DNA from: an uncultured delta proteobacterium
Lineage (GTDB): Bacteria; Myxococcota_A; Polyangia; Polyangiales; Polyangiaceae
Direction of reading: 5' to 3'
DNA length: 64,000 nt
Assembly (NCBI GenBank): GCA_963850305.1
Contig: CAWKKR010000001.1
Span: 256,001-320,000 of the forward strand
Position numbers and translations under genes: made by a program. The notes beneath the pieces were generated by a model. It did no database searches. It had not been told where the DNA came from and saw only the letters and a list, made by a program, of their open reading frames with translations. How positions within the stretch are numbered: position 1 is the stretch's first letter; every line of letters begins with the position of its first letter. Positions 29,104 through 38,542 of this stretch are shown piece after piece.

Positions 29104-30032
29104 AGGAAATCACGACGCCGAAAGACGAGACTCGAGACGGCGAGGAGCCCCGCGCTCCACGCAATCGTCTGTACCATCGCGAGCAGCAGATAATGACCCA
29201 GGGAGACGTCCGCCGCCTCTCCCGTCAGCAGCGTCCTCGGGGGCACGTAGAGCATCAGGTTCGGCACGATCTTCGAAAGGGCGGAGGCGAGGGCGTGAAT
29301 GGTTGGACCGAAATAACGCACTGGAAGTCGGGCGAGGGTGTCGGCAGAACGCCCGACGATGAACACGCCGAAAGTGAAGATCGCGGTGAGAAAAGGCGAC
29401 GAGAATGACGCAAATACGGTCGCGATGCCGGTCACGATGGCCACTTCGCCCATTGCCAGAAGGGCCGCCCCGACGATGACTCGACGATCGTCCACGGCGC
29501 CGTGCGAAACGAACCACCCGAGACACCCTAGTGCGAGCGCCCACGGGATCGGTAGATAAGTGCGGGCCCGCGGCAAACGCCAGGCCAGGGCGACTGCAAT
29601 GGCGACGCTCCCGAACAGAATCCCCAGGACGACCGCGAAGGACGTCCCCGAGATCGCCCCGATCGCCAGGAGCAGCACCGCGGAATTGGCGGCAACGAAC
29701 ACGAGCAACGTGCACAGCGTGCCGAGGTACTTGCCCACGAGATATTCCGTGCGCCGTATTGGTCGAGCCAGGATGGGGAAGATGGTCTTGAGTTCGAGCT
29801 CGCGGTGGAGCGACGTGGCGCCCAGAACGATCGCGACGACGACACCGTAGAGCGAGACGCTCGCCGCTCCGAGATCGCTGACGACGCGCAACGAGCTCCT
29901 GAGTGCAAACTCTCCGACCACCAGGCAATACGCCGCGGTGACGAGCGAGAGGGCGAACAGCCCGTGGAGCACGCGGGCCCGCACCGCCTCACGGTAAGTG
30001 TTCAAAGCGACGACGCCGATGCGAGTGAACAT
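29100..30032 (-). CDS. ABC-2 type transporter permease (PilI-like)
   Basis: VALNTYREAVRAR...ELELKTIFPILARPIRRTEYLVGKYLG...FRRRDF. Confidence 0.85.
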   Translation of the reverse strand: MFTRIGVVALNTYREAVRARVLHGLFALSLVTAAYCLVVGEFALRSSLRVVSDLGAASVSLYGVVVAIVLGATSLHRELELKTIFPILARPIRRTEYLVGKYLGTLCTLLVFVAANSAVLLLAIGAISGTSFAVVLGILFGSVAIAVALAWRLPRARTYLPIPWALALGCLGWFVSHGAVDDRRVIVGAALLAMGEVAIVTGIATVFASFSSPFLTAIFTFGVFIVGRSADTLARLPVRYFGPTIHALASALSKIVPNLMLYVPPRTLLTGEAADVSLGHYLLLAMVQTIAWSAGLLAVSSLVFRRRDFL

Positions 30033-30105
30033 GACGAGCGACCCGGAGATTACCGCGAAATGGGGCTCCGTCGACCTCGCAAAACAGCAAGTGTGTTGCC
30101 GCGCT

Positions 30106-32244
30106 TCACGGCGACACGACGTAAGCGTCGAGCTTCCACGCGCCCGAACTCTGGTCGTATCCGTCGACCTGAATCCAATAATCTCCCGGGGAGAGCGTCA
30201 TGTCCACGTACGGACCATCGCGCACGTAGCCCGCCGAACAACCACCCACCACCTCCGTTCCCGGGCACGTCGTCCCGGAGCGAACATCGATGATGGCCGA
30301 GTACGCGCTCCCCTCGCCGCTCAAGACCACGCGGCGTGTCGAGGCGAGGTGCAGGTGAAGCATCTGATCGGGAGATCCGCCTACCCCGCCGACGTCGCAA
30401 CTCGCCGTGAAGTCATCGGTCGCGTTGGCGGTGTTACCCTCGAACAGGCCTCCTATCGACGGGATCTCCGTCGCGGTGGCGCAGGCGTCCGAGAACGGCA
30501 CCAGCGTGGTTGGCGCGGGCAGTCGCACGAAGGCGGTGACGGTCGTCGGATCGGCGAGCGTCGTTTCGTCGATCACGCGGTACGAGCCCGCGGGGACGTC
30601 GCGTGCAGTCGCGCGAGCGAGGGTCGAGTCGCTCGATGCGCACGCCAGCAGGGGCAAGCTGCAAGCCGCGTCGGCGAGGCTCACCCATCCCTGGTCCGAG
30701 TCCGCGACGGTTTGAATCACCAGCACGTCCGACGCGGACGTCAGGGTGAGCGCGTAAGCCGCGTCGGGGGTGCCGACCGAGCAGCCAAGCTGGATGTCAT
30801 CTACGTGGTCCGCGAGATCGACGACCATCGTCGTATCGGGCGGAAGCGTGGGGGAACCGACGCAGTTCTCATCGGCGGGTGGCGACGTCGGCGGCGCCGT
30901 CTCGAGGAGGACGTCCGTGTCGCTGGGCCCGGTCGACCCGACGTCCACGAAGTACTGCCCCGCGGGAAGTGCCCGCTCGAAGAGCATTGCGTTCGCGCTC
31001 GTGTGACAGTCGATTTCCTCGCCGCAGGTCCCGCCCCGGAGCGAGAGAACCGGGACTCCGTAGTCGTCCTTGGCCGTCGCGAAGAGACGAACGTCGCTCG
31101 GCGCGGTGAGCGTGAAGGTGTAAACGAGGTCGCCATAGATCGGGCCGCAAGCGGTCGCCAGATCCGGCAGAGCAGACGTCAGATCGGCGTCGGCATGTAC
31201 ACCTGGCGTGAGCGGGAGCGCCGTGCCACACGTCTCGTTGGTCGGTGCACTCTCCGGGGCGACATAGTCGACGCTCAACGTCACCGAAGCGGCAGAGTCC
31301 GTGAATAGATAAACGGAATACGACCCCGGCGACAGTCCGCGAAGCCGAAGTCGTGCCACGCCTGCGGCTTCGGACCCGGAGCCGCACGCGAATTCGCTCG
31401 ACGGATCCTCGCACCGGGTCACGGCGGCGAGCGCGAGATTGCCGCTGCCCGCGGCCACCAGGTCGACGTCCGTGACGGCGCCCTCTGGCACGTCAATCGT
31501 GACCACCAGAACCTTGGTTCGAGGGTTCGTCGCGGCGCAGCTCGCAGAATAGTCGAGGCTCGCCCCGACGGGCGACACGACGAACGTGCCGGGGGCCGTC
31601 ACCACGAGCGGGCCGGCGCAGCTGTCGTAGAGTGGCGAGACGCAGGGCTGCTCGTCGATCTGTCCATTGCAGTTGTCGTCGATCCCGTTTCCGCAGATCT
31701 CCTTCGCTTTGCTCGAGACGTTCGGGTTCGCGTCATCGCAATCGCCGCCCCCGGGACAGTTCCCATCGGGATCGCCATCCCCGTCTGCGTCGCGAACAGT
31801 ATGGGTGCACTGGTGCGTCGCTTCGACGCACGCGTCGATGGTGCACGCCGTCCCGTCCGAACACGATACGGCGTCGCCTGGCCGGCACCCTATCCCCGAA
31901 AGACACCGTTCGATGCCGTCGCAATAGATTCCGTCGTCGCAGGCGGCATCGTCCGGCGAGAAATGACAATGTCCCCGGATGGGATCGCACACGTCGTGAG
32001 TGCAGGCGATGGTGTCGTCACATTCACCGTCGTCCAGGCACGGACCGCCCCATTCAGCCGCGTTCCCGGCGTCGATCTCGCCGGCGTCCGCGATGACCGT
32101 TCCACCGGAGTCGGGCACCACCGGGGTGATCGTCGAGCGCTCGGCCTCAGCATCTCGGACCGACACGAACGGGCTCGAGGAATCCGAGTGGCCGCACCCC
32201 GAGACGGACGCGAGCAGCAAAAGCCCGATCGGAGTGATTCGCAC
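30106..32244 (-). CDS. Large Cys-rich lipoprotein with MopE-like motif and repeated beta-sandwich domains
   Basis: Lipobox VSGC after GTG 32244; DADGDG...DCDD...EICGNGIDDNCNGQIDE; about 4 repeats each opening with a (D/E)xC motif. Confidence 0.75.
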   Translation of the reverse strand: MRITPIGLLLLASVSGCGHSDSSSPFVSVRDAEAERSTITPVVPDSGGTVIADAGEIDAGNAAEWGGPCLDDGECDDTIACTHDVCDPIRGHCHFSPDDAACDDGIYCDGIERCLSGIGCRPGDAVSCSDGTACTIDACVEATHQCTHTVRDADGDGDPDGNCPGGGDCDDANPNVSSKAKEICGNGIDDNCNGQIDEQPCVSPLYDSCAGPLVVTAPGTFVVSPVGASLDYSASCAATNPRTKVLVVTIDVPEGAVTDVDLVAAGSGNLALAAVTRCEDPSSEFACGSGSEAAGVARLRLRGLSPGSYSVYLFTDSAASVTLSVDYVAPESAPTNETCGTALPLTPGVHADADLTSALPDLATACGPIYGDLVYTFTLTAPSDVRLFATAKDDYGVPVLSLRGGTCGEEIDCHTSANAMLFERALPAGQYFVDVGSTGPSDTDVLLETAPPTSPPADENCVGSPTLPPDTTMVVDLADHVDDIQLGCSVGTPDAAYALTLTSASDVLVIQTVADSDQGWVSLADAACSLPLLACASSDSTLARATARDVPAGSYRVIDETTLADPTTVTAFVRLPAPTTLVPFSDACATATEIPSIGGLFEGNTANATDDFTASCDVGGVGGSPDQMLHLHLASTRRVVLSGEGSAYSAIIDVRSGTTCPGTEVVGGCSAGYVRDGPYVDMTLSPGDYWIQVDGYDQSSGAWKLDAYVVSP

Positions 32245-32431
32245 GGTCGAAGAACCTATGCGGGACAGTCGGTGCTTCGGCAAGGACAAGGGAACGCGGG
32301 GGGCGGGCGATAGCGAAGGCGCCAAGGAAAGAGCCCTGCCTGGCCGTGGCGGGCGGAGGACGAGAACCCGGTCGAGATTAAAACTTTGGCGGGCGCGCGC
32401 CGGAAAATGGCATATTGAGAAGGTCGTGACG

Positions 32432-33781
32432 ATGGGACGCCTCACTCGCCAGGAGCTTGGATGGCTCCTTGCACAGGAGGCGCGAGGGGCCGCGCGAATC
32501 CTGCGGCAGGACGTGACGCTTCGGTCACAGCCTCCGCCCTTGGCGGACATCGCGCCCGCTATGTCGTCCGAGTCCGATCTCCGGGTGGAGACGACGCTGA
32601 ATGTTCTGGACGATGCCATCGGGATGTTGAGCGAACTCGAGGGGGGGCCGGCGAGCCGCGCTCAGTCCCGGCGCGGCCGGATCGATCTAGCGGCGCTGCT
32701 CTGGGAATTCGCGCCCATCGCAAGTATTTCGATCGAGCCGGGCGCCGGAACGGAAGTGTTCGGAGAGGAGGGTGAACTGCGGCGCATGCTGCACGTCCTC
32801 GTGAGTCAGACTCACTTCGGCAGCACTCACGATGCCGCCGTGGCGCCCGTGCGGATTCGAAGGCAAGCGGACTGGATCCGCATCAGCGTGAACCTCGGAC
32901 CCGACGTATCCGCCAACACGGATCTCGAGCGCAGATGGCTGAGCCGGATGGCGACGCGGATGGGCGGTCGTCTCGAACTCGAGGGCGGCACGATGTCGCT
33001 GATCTTGCCCGCCGACGCCTCGAACGATCAGAGCGAGGTCGCGGACCTTCGGAAGGAGTTGGTTCAGGCGCAGCAGCTCGGGGAAGCGTACGCTCGAGAG
33101 CTTGCGACGGCCTTCGCCGCCGGGCAGACACCGGAGCCCGAGGTCGTTCGGGATCATCGCGACGTGGGCCTCCGCCGCTTCGAGCTGCTCGTATCGCTGG
33201 CTTCGGCTCTGCATCGCTCGCTCGCGCCCATTTTTCACGCTCTCGAGGGTGACGCCCGGACGAACCCGGGGCCTCTCGCAACAGGGTTTGCTCTCCTCGG
33301 CGAGCTCGGTCGAATCGCGAGTTGCCCGACGACCGAGACACCGGAACGCGTGGACGTCGCGCGGACGGCGCGAGAGGTCGCCACCGACGCCGAAGCGCGG
33401 GCGTCGCGTCACGACGTGACGTTCCAGTTGACGACCCCCGCCCAGCTCTCGATCGCGTCGCGACCGCGCGCACTCTCGCTTCTGCTCCGAGCGCTGCTGG
33501 AGCACGCGATCGCCGCGACGCCAAAGGGCGGAACGGTTCGGATGTTCGTCACGGACGAGAACGGCGCGGTGAAAGTTGCCGTGGCTGACGGCGGACCGGC
33601 GGTCCCGAGCGCGGCGTCCGCCGACCTCCTGGAGCACCGGATCGACCCTGCCTCCCTCGGGCGGCCGCCGGGTTTCGGCTTGCTCGTAGCCCAGGTTTCC
33701 GCGACGTACCTCGGGTTCATCGTGGAGTTCGCCGACAGCGCCGAAGCGACCACGGCGGTCGTCCGTCTGCGACCACTCTGA
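32432..33781 (+). CDS. Degenerate histidine-kinase-like protein with two HATPase-like modules
   Basis: C-terminal VADGGPAV and GFGL boxes; H-box His and N-box Asn replaced; start ATG 32432. Confidence 0.7.
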   Translation: MGRLTRQELGWLLAQEARGAARILRQDVTLRSQPPPLADIAPAMSSESDLRVETTLNVLDDAIGMLSELEGGPASRAQSRRGRIDLAALLWEFAPIASISIEPGAGTEVFGEEGELRRMLHVLVSQTHFGSTHDAAVAPVRIRRQADWIRISVNLGPDVSANTDLERRWLSRMATRMGGRLELEGGTMSLILPADASNDQSEVADLRKELVQAQQLGEAYARELATAFAAGQTPEPEVVRDHRDVGLRRFELLVSLASALHRSLAPIFHALEGDARTNPGPLATGFALLGELGRIASCPTTETPERVDVARTAREVATDAEARASRHDVTFQLTTPAQLSIASRPRALSLLLRALLEHAIAATPKGGTVRMFVTDENGAVKVAVADGGPAVPSAASADLLEHRIDPASLGRPPGFGLLVAQVSATYLGFIVEFADSAEATTAVVRLRPL

Positions 33782-33871
33782 GGGCCGCCTTCCGAGCAGC
33801 CCCAGCGCGGGGACCCCGCAGATCGCGGAGGACCGAGACGCACGGTCCCGGACGATGCTAACCTGAGAGTG

Positions 33872-34258
33872 ATGCGGATTCTCGTGGTCGAAGACCAGGA
33901 CTCAATCCGGCGGATGATCGAGGCGCTCGTGGGTGCCCGCGGCTACCAGGTCACCGCCGTCAGCACCGGAACCAAGGCGATCGACGTCGCGTTGACGGAC
34001 CCGCCGGACATGGTGTTGCTCGATCTCATGATCCCGGGTTACGACGGCTTCGAAGTTTGCCGCCGACTTCGTGGTGACCCCGCGACGCAGATGGTTCCCG
34101 TCTTGATCATCAGCGCCCTGGACGATGCCGAATCGCGAGCAAAGGCGGCGGAAGCCGGAGCCACCGCGTATTACACGAAGCCTTTCAGCCCGATGGCGCT
34201 GCTCAAGGAAATTGACCGCCTGACGGAAGGGCGCAGCCCGGACAAGCGCACAGTCTAG
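33872..34258 (+). CDS. Single-domain response regulator
   Basis: ILVVED, VLLDLMIPGYDG, ISA, YTKPF. Confidence 0.93.
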   Translation: MRILVVEDQDSIRRMIEALVGARGYQVTAVSTGTKAIDVALTDPPDMVLLDLMIPGYDGFEVCRRLRGDPATQMVPVLIISALDDAESRAKAAEAGATAYYTKPFSPMALLKEIDRLTEGRSPDKRTV

Positions 34259-34644
34259 ACGCGCGGGCCGGCTAGCATTGCCTTGGCCCGGTGCTCGGCG
34301 GCTTCGATGATGCCTTTGGCTTCGACGTCGGGGATACGTAGCTTCTTGCACAACCCATCGAGCATCTTTCTCTCTGCTTCCCCGAAGTCACCGTCCGCGT
34401 TCGCGATGAGAACGGCGTGCTGCAGCAACACCCGCCGGTCGTCATAGCTGAGCTCCGTGACGGGAACGTCGTCGAGGGTACGCTCCGTGGAAGCATACAC
34501 GCGGATCTCGTGCCGCTCGCTAGCGGTGGCGTCGAATGCCTGGAGCAGCGCTTCGATGACCTCGCTCTCCGCCTCCGCAACGTGACCGTCCGCCCACGCA
34601 ACGGTCACCAGGCCCTTGATCATTGCCAAATCCTGATCGTGCAT
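34255..34644 (-). CDS. TerB-family protein
   Basis: VAWADGHVAEAE and IANADGDFGEAE motifs. Confidence 0.85.
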   Translation of the reverse strand: MHDQDLAMIKGLVTVAWADGHVAEAESEVIEALLQAFDATASERHEIRVYASTERTLDDVPVTELSYDDRRVLLQHAVLIANADGDFGEAERKMLDGLCKKLRIPDVEAKGIIEAAEHRAKAMLAGPRV

Positions 34645-34675
34645 GGCGTCGACGGTCCCACACTCTCGTCGGGTG

Positions 34676-35929
34676 TCAACGAGGGAGCGTTGCCCCAGCC
34701 ACGCCGGGGAGAGACGACGGTGGCTCAGGCGTCGCTCCGACCTCCGCCATCCGCTTCAATTCTCGGGAAAGCTCCAGCAACGTCCGGGACTCGGCCACCT
34801 CGAAGCCTGCTACCAGCGCCGCTACGTCGCTCTTCCGCGGCCGGTACGGCGGGCATGGCTCCTGGGCGACCACGGCGAGCGCCTCCGCCAACGGCAGGCA
34901 TGGCTCCTGGGCGACCACGGCGAGCGCCTCCGCCAACGGCAGGCATGGCTCCTGGGCGACCACGGCGAGCGCCTCCGCCGACGAAGGACCCTCTGGCTCC
35001 ACCGCGGCGGGGAAGAACGCCACATTCCCCGCCTGCGCCCGCGGTACCTCCGTGTTCGACAGGTCGGGATACGCAATCGCGGGGTCCGCGCTCACGACAC
35101 CGGAGGTAACGAGCGACGAGCACTCCGTCGTTGCGGGAATGAACGCGGGCTCCGCTGCCGTCTCACCATCGGCGACAAGGTCGGGTGCCGGCGTCACGTC
35201 GAACTCGACCGGCACTGCCCGGTCGGTGTCGTGCTCCGCGGGCTCGAGCACGACCAGCGCGGACGGAACCAGGGGCGCGACGGTCGTCCATGTGCCGAGA
35301 AACGGCGTCGCATCAACCCTCCCGGCGACCCACATCGGCTCGGACACGTGCTCCGGGACCTGCTGCCGCGGCTCGAAGGACGCCAACGCCGGCACGATTG
35401 GCGTCAGCGTCGCCTGCTCCGGTGCGAGAACCGCCGGCGGTTGGTTCGCGGGCGCGCGGACCGGCGGCGGAGAGACGACCTCGCGCGTCGGTTCGGCGAC
35501 AGGTTGCTCGGATAGCTTTCCGGAAGCCTTCGCGCGGACCGCGTCGCGATGCAGTCGCGAAAGGGCCCGGCGGGCAGCCGCACGATTCACGGGAATGAGA
35601 GCCGCCTCGATCTCACCCGAAAGTCGGAGGAGCCCGCGTGGCTCTTTGGCGTCCGCGGCGCGCTGGAGCGCGGGTACCCGAACCGATGACAGCCCGAGAA
35701 GCTGCGCGAGAAGGGCGCGGAGATCGGCCTCGAGCTCGGCCGCTGACCCCTCCCCGAGGCGCTCGACGGTGACGGATCCATCCTCACCGACGAGCACGGC
35801 ACCCAGGCGGCCCATCGACCCGGCGAGCTGGTCAGCGGCCGCAAGCACGAAGTAGCCCGCTGTCTCCGCCGTCACCGCGGCCAGCCCCGCACAGGCGGCG
35901 TTCGATAAATCCTTGACCGTGACCCGCAT
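34676..35929 (-). CDS. Hypothetical protein, Pro/Ala/Glu-rich with an internal tandem repeat
   Basis: ORF 34676..36004; GGAGGT upstream of ATG 35929. Confidence 0.65.
   Translation of the reverse strand: MRVTVKDLSNAACAGLAAVTAETAGYFVLAAADQLAGSMGRLGAVLVGEDGSVTVERLGEGSAAELEADLRALLAQLLGLSSVRVPALQRAADAKEPRGLLRLSGEIEAALIPVNRAAARRALSRLHRDAVRAKASGKLSEQPVAEPTREVVSPPPVRAPANQPPAVLAPEQATLTPIVPALASFEPRQQVPEHVSEPMWVAGRVDATPFLGTWTTVAPLVPSALVVLEPAEHDTDRAVPVEFDVTPAPDLVADGETAAEPAFIPATTECSSLVTSGVVSADPAIAYPDLSNTEVPRAQAGNVAFFPAAVEPEGPSSAEALAVVAQEPCLPLAEALAVVAQEPCLPLAEALAVVAQEPCPPYRPRKSDVAALVAGFEVAESRTLLELSRELKRMAEVGATPEPPSSLPGVAGATLPR
34852..34979. repeat. 45-bp perfect tandem repeat, about 2.8 copies, encoding AEALAVVAQEPCLPL
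   Basis: Unit ggcatggctcctgggcgaccacggcgagcgcctccgccaacggca starts at 34852, 34897 and 34942. Confidence 0.95.
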
Positions 35930-36058
35930 GACGCTGCGCCCACCTCCATAACGACACGGAGCCCGTCCGGGCAAACACCTTGCGGAACCGCCCGGACGCG
36001 GCACCCGGGTCCCCTGTTGTTCAACGCGGAGGGGCGCACCTTGCTATAGTCCCGCGCG

Positions 36059-37960
36059 ATGCGCGCCTGCCCGCGCTGCGGCACCCCGAATCCGGACGGC
36101 ACGACCGCTTGTGTCGCGTGCGGCTCGACCCTGGACGTCCCACCCCGGCCGGCCGCGGGTGGGTTCAAACAGACGATGCTCGGAATACCGCCGTCAGCGG
36201 CCGCGCCGATTCCTGGGTCGCCCGACCGCGGCCAGGCGCCGCCACTGGCGCGGATGGGCACTATCATTGGCCTTCAGAGTCCAGTGGCTGTCGGTCCGCC
36301 CGCGTCCGCGCTGCCCCACGAGCCGCCATCGGCACCGGCGGCCCCCGCATATCAAGCACCTGCCTCGTCGAGTCTGAAGCAAACGATGCTCGGTTATGCG
36401 CCAGCGGCCGGATTCGGGGAAAGGGGGCACGCGGCGCCTCCGGCGCCGGCGACGCAACCGAGCCCTGCCCTCGCGGCGCACGGCGCACCTCGATTCGAGG
36501 ACCCGGCGCCTCCGTACGCTGCCCCGCAACCTGTCGTTGCCACCCCATTCATCGGCAGTGATGCCTCCGCGGGCCCGCCACGGGCGGGACTGAAGATGCA
36601 CACCATGCTCGGAGTCGCGCGCCCCGGAATCGCTCCACTCCACGCGGGACAACCCGAGCCGCCGCCTCCACCCGTCGCCCCCCCACCCGAGCTCGTTCAT
36701 CGACCGCCAATCGACGAGCCTCGAACCTTCGACGACGAGCCCCCCGCGCCCAGACGACCGGGACTGCCGAGGGGGGCCGTGGTGCTCACGGCCGTGTCGG
36801 CTCTACTGGCCGTGACCGCCGGGGTAGTCGCATTCCTCTGGCAGTCCCCTCGCCCGATTCACGCCGAGGTAACGCTGGACGACCGCGGGATCGAGGCGCT
36901 GTCACTCACCTGCGATGACTGCGCCGACGGAACGACGGTCTCGATCGGTTCGAACCACGCCACTTTCAAGGCGAAGAAGGCATCGCTCGGTCTCTCCAAG
37001 GCGCTCGATGTCGGCAAGAACGAAGTCGTCGTGGACGTGCAGCGCCCGGGCATCGGCAGAGATGAAGACGTCACCCTCTCGGTTCCGGTAGATTACCTGG
37101 TGCGAGGCGTGCTCACGTCGCTCGCCGAGGACCCGCCCAAACTCAAGGTCGCGGTGCAGGCCGTGCCCGGCGCAGCGGTGGTCGTTGACGGTCACGCCGT
37201 GACGCTCGACGCGATCGGCAAGGGCGAATACAGCGTCGACGTGTCCCACGACCTCGAGGGGCCCGCGGACACGATTCTGCCATTCGAGCGCAAGTTCCCA
37301 TACACGGTCACGCCGCCGGGAGGCGCCGCGCAGCAGGGCGACGTGACTCTGAGATTCGGGATCGTTCCGCTTCGAATCGATGCGCCCGGTGACGGCATCA
37401 TCGTCGACGGACAGACGTTCATGCTTAGCGGGCGAACGCTGAAAGACGGGCGCATCACGGTGAGCGGACGACCCATCACGGTGGACGCGGAGGGACGCTT
37501 CGCGCAGCTGATGAACGTCTCTTCGATCGGAGCAACGACCATCGTCGTCCGGGCCGAGGCGAAGGATCACGCGCCGCGACTGGTGCGTGTCGGTGTCCAG
37601 CGTGTCGCAAGCTTGCGGGACGAAGCGACCGTCTTTCGACAATCGGCGACGGAGCGATACGACGGCATCGCTTCGGCAGACGCGAGCAAAGGGATGGCCG
37701 TCGCGCTCGACGGTGAAGTGGTCGAGTCGCGCCTGGACGGCGAGATGACGGTGTTGCTCCTCGACGTGAAGAAGGGTTGCCCGAGCGCGCCCTGTCTGGC
37801 GAAAGTCGTCTACGGGGGCAGGTTCGACGCCAAGCGCGGCGCGCTCCTCGGCGCGTACGGTCACGTGGATGGCTCGGTCGACGGCCCTCGGACGGGACAG
37901 CGAATTCCACAGATCGCCGCGGAGTTCTTGCTCCCGGATGCCGGAAAGAAGAAGCGCTAG
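36059..37960 (+). CDS. Zinc-ribbon, Pro-rich, single-TM protein with periplasmic beta-rich domains
   Basis: CPRCG...CVACG, Pro-rich linker, TM helix, Ig-like and possible OB-fold C-terminus. Confidence 0.75.
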   Translation: MRACPRCGTPNPDGTTACVACGSTLDVPPRPAAGGFKQTMLGIPPSAAAPIPGSPDRGQAPPLARMGTIIGLQSPVAVGPPASALPHEPPSAPAAPAYQAPASSSLKQTMLGYAPAAGFGERGHAAPPAPATQPSPALAAHGAPRFEDPAPPYAAPQPVVATPFIGSDASAGPPRAGLKMHTMLGVARPGIAPLHAGQPEPPPPPVAPPPELVHRPPIDEPRTFDDEPPAPRRPGLPRGAVVLTAVSALLAVTAGVVAFLWQSPRPIHAEVTLDDRGIEALSLTCDDCADGTTVSIGSNHATFKAKKASLGLSKALDVGKNEVVVDVQRPGIGRDEDVTLSVPVDYLVRGVLTSLAEDPPKLKVAVQAVPGAAVVVDGHAVTLDAIGKGEYSVDVSHDLEGPADTILPFERKFPYTVTPPGGAAQQGDVTLRFGIVPLRIDAPGDGIIVDGQTFMLSGRTLKDGRITVSGRPITVDAEGRFAQLMNVSSIGATTIVVRAEAKDHAPRLVRVGVQRVASLRDEATVFRQSATERYDGIASADASKGMAVALDGEVVESRLDGEMTVLLLDVKKGCPSAPCLAKVVYGGRFDAKRGALLGAYGHVDGSVDGPRTGQRIPQIAAEFLLPDAGKKKR

Positions 37961-38099
37961 CGTCCACGAGGAGGCGGCTGGCTGACGCTGGGCGACGACC
38001 AGCTCGGAGAAATCGAGCTCTGGAGGCGCAGGTAGCTGGCGCGCGGCTGCCCCTTGATTATACTCGTTGCCGGACCGATATGGTCCCAGCTCAAACGCC

Positions 38100-38423
38100 A
38101 TGATCTCCATCACCAAACTCGCCGCGGAAAAGGTTCACGAAATAGCCAGCTCGGAAGGCCTGGTCGGCCAGGGGCTGCGCCTTCGCGTCATCGGCGGAGG
38201 GTGCGCCGGCTTCCAGTACGACCTGTACTTCGAAGAGGCGCCGACGGAGATGGATGAGCAATTCGAGTCGAACGGCGTTCCGCTGTTCGTGGACCCGTTG
38301 AGCTACCAGTACCTGGATGGGACGGAGATCGACTATGTCGACGGCCCGCACGGCTCCGGCTTCAAGTTCGGGAACCCGAACATAACCAGCACCTGCGGTT
38401 GCGGTTCGTCTTTCAACGTTTGA
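38100..38423 (+). CDS. erpA: HesB/IscA/ErpA iron-sulfur carrier
   Basis: LRVIGGGCAGFQY and NPN...CGCGSSF; start ATG 38100. Confidence 0.9.
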   Translation: MISITKLAAEKVHEIASSEGLVGQGLRLRVIGGGCAGFQYDLYFEEAPTEMDEQFESNGVPLFVDPLSYQYLDGTEIDYVDGPHGSGFKFGNPNITSTCGCGSSFNV

Positions 38424-38542
38424 TCCGAGCCCGCGCAACCATTTGGCCATCGGGCGCGTACTGTATGTGACGGGACCGACTTGGTCCGGTCATGACCGTA
38501 CGTGGCGGCCGTCTCCGAAGCGGGCGGCCGAAAAGGCATCCC

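Noticed and set aside
34852..34979. Repeat considered as a CRISPR array
   Set aside because: No spacers, in-frame coding repeat, and no cas genes nearby.
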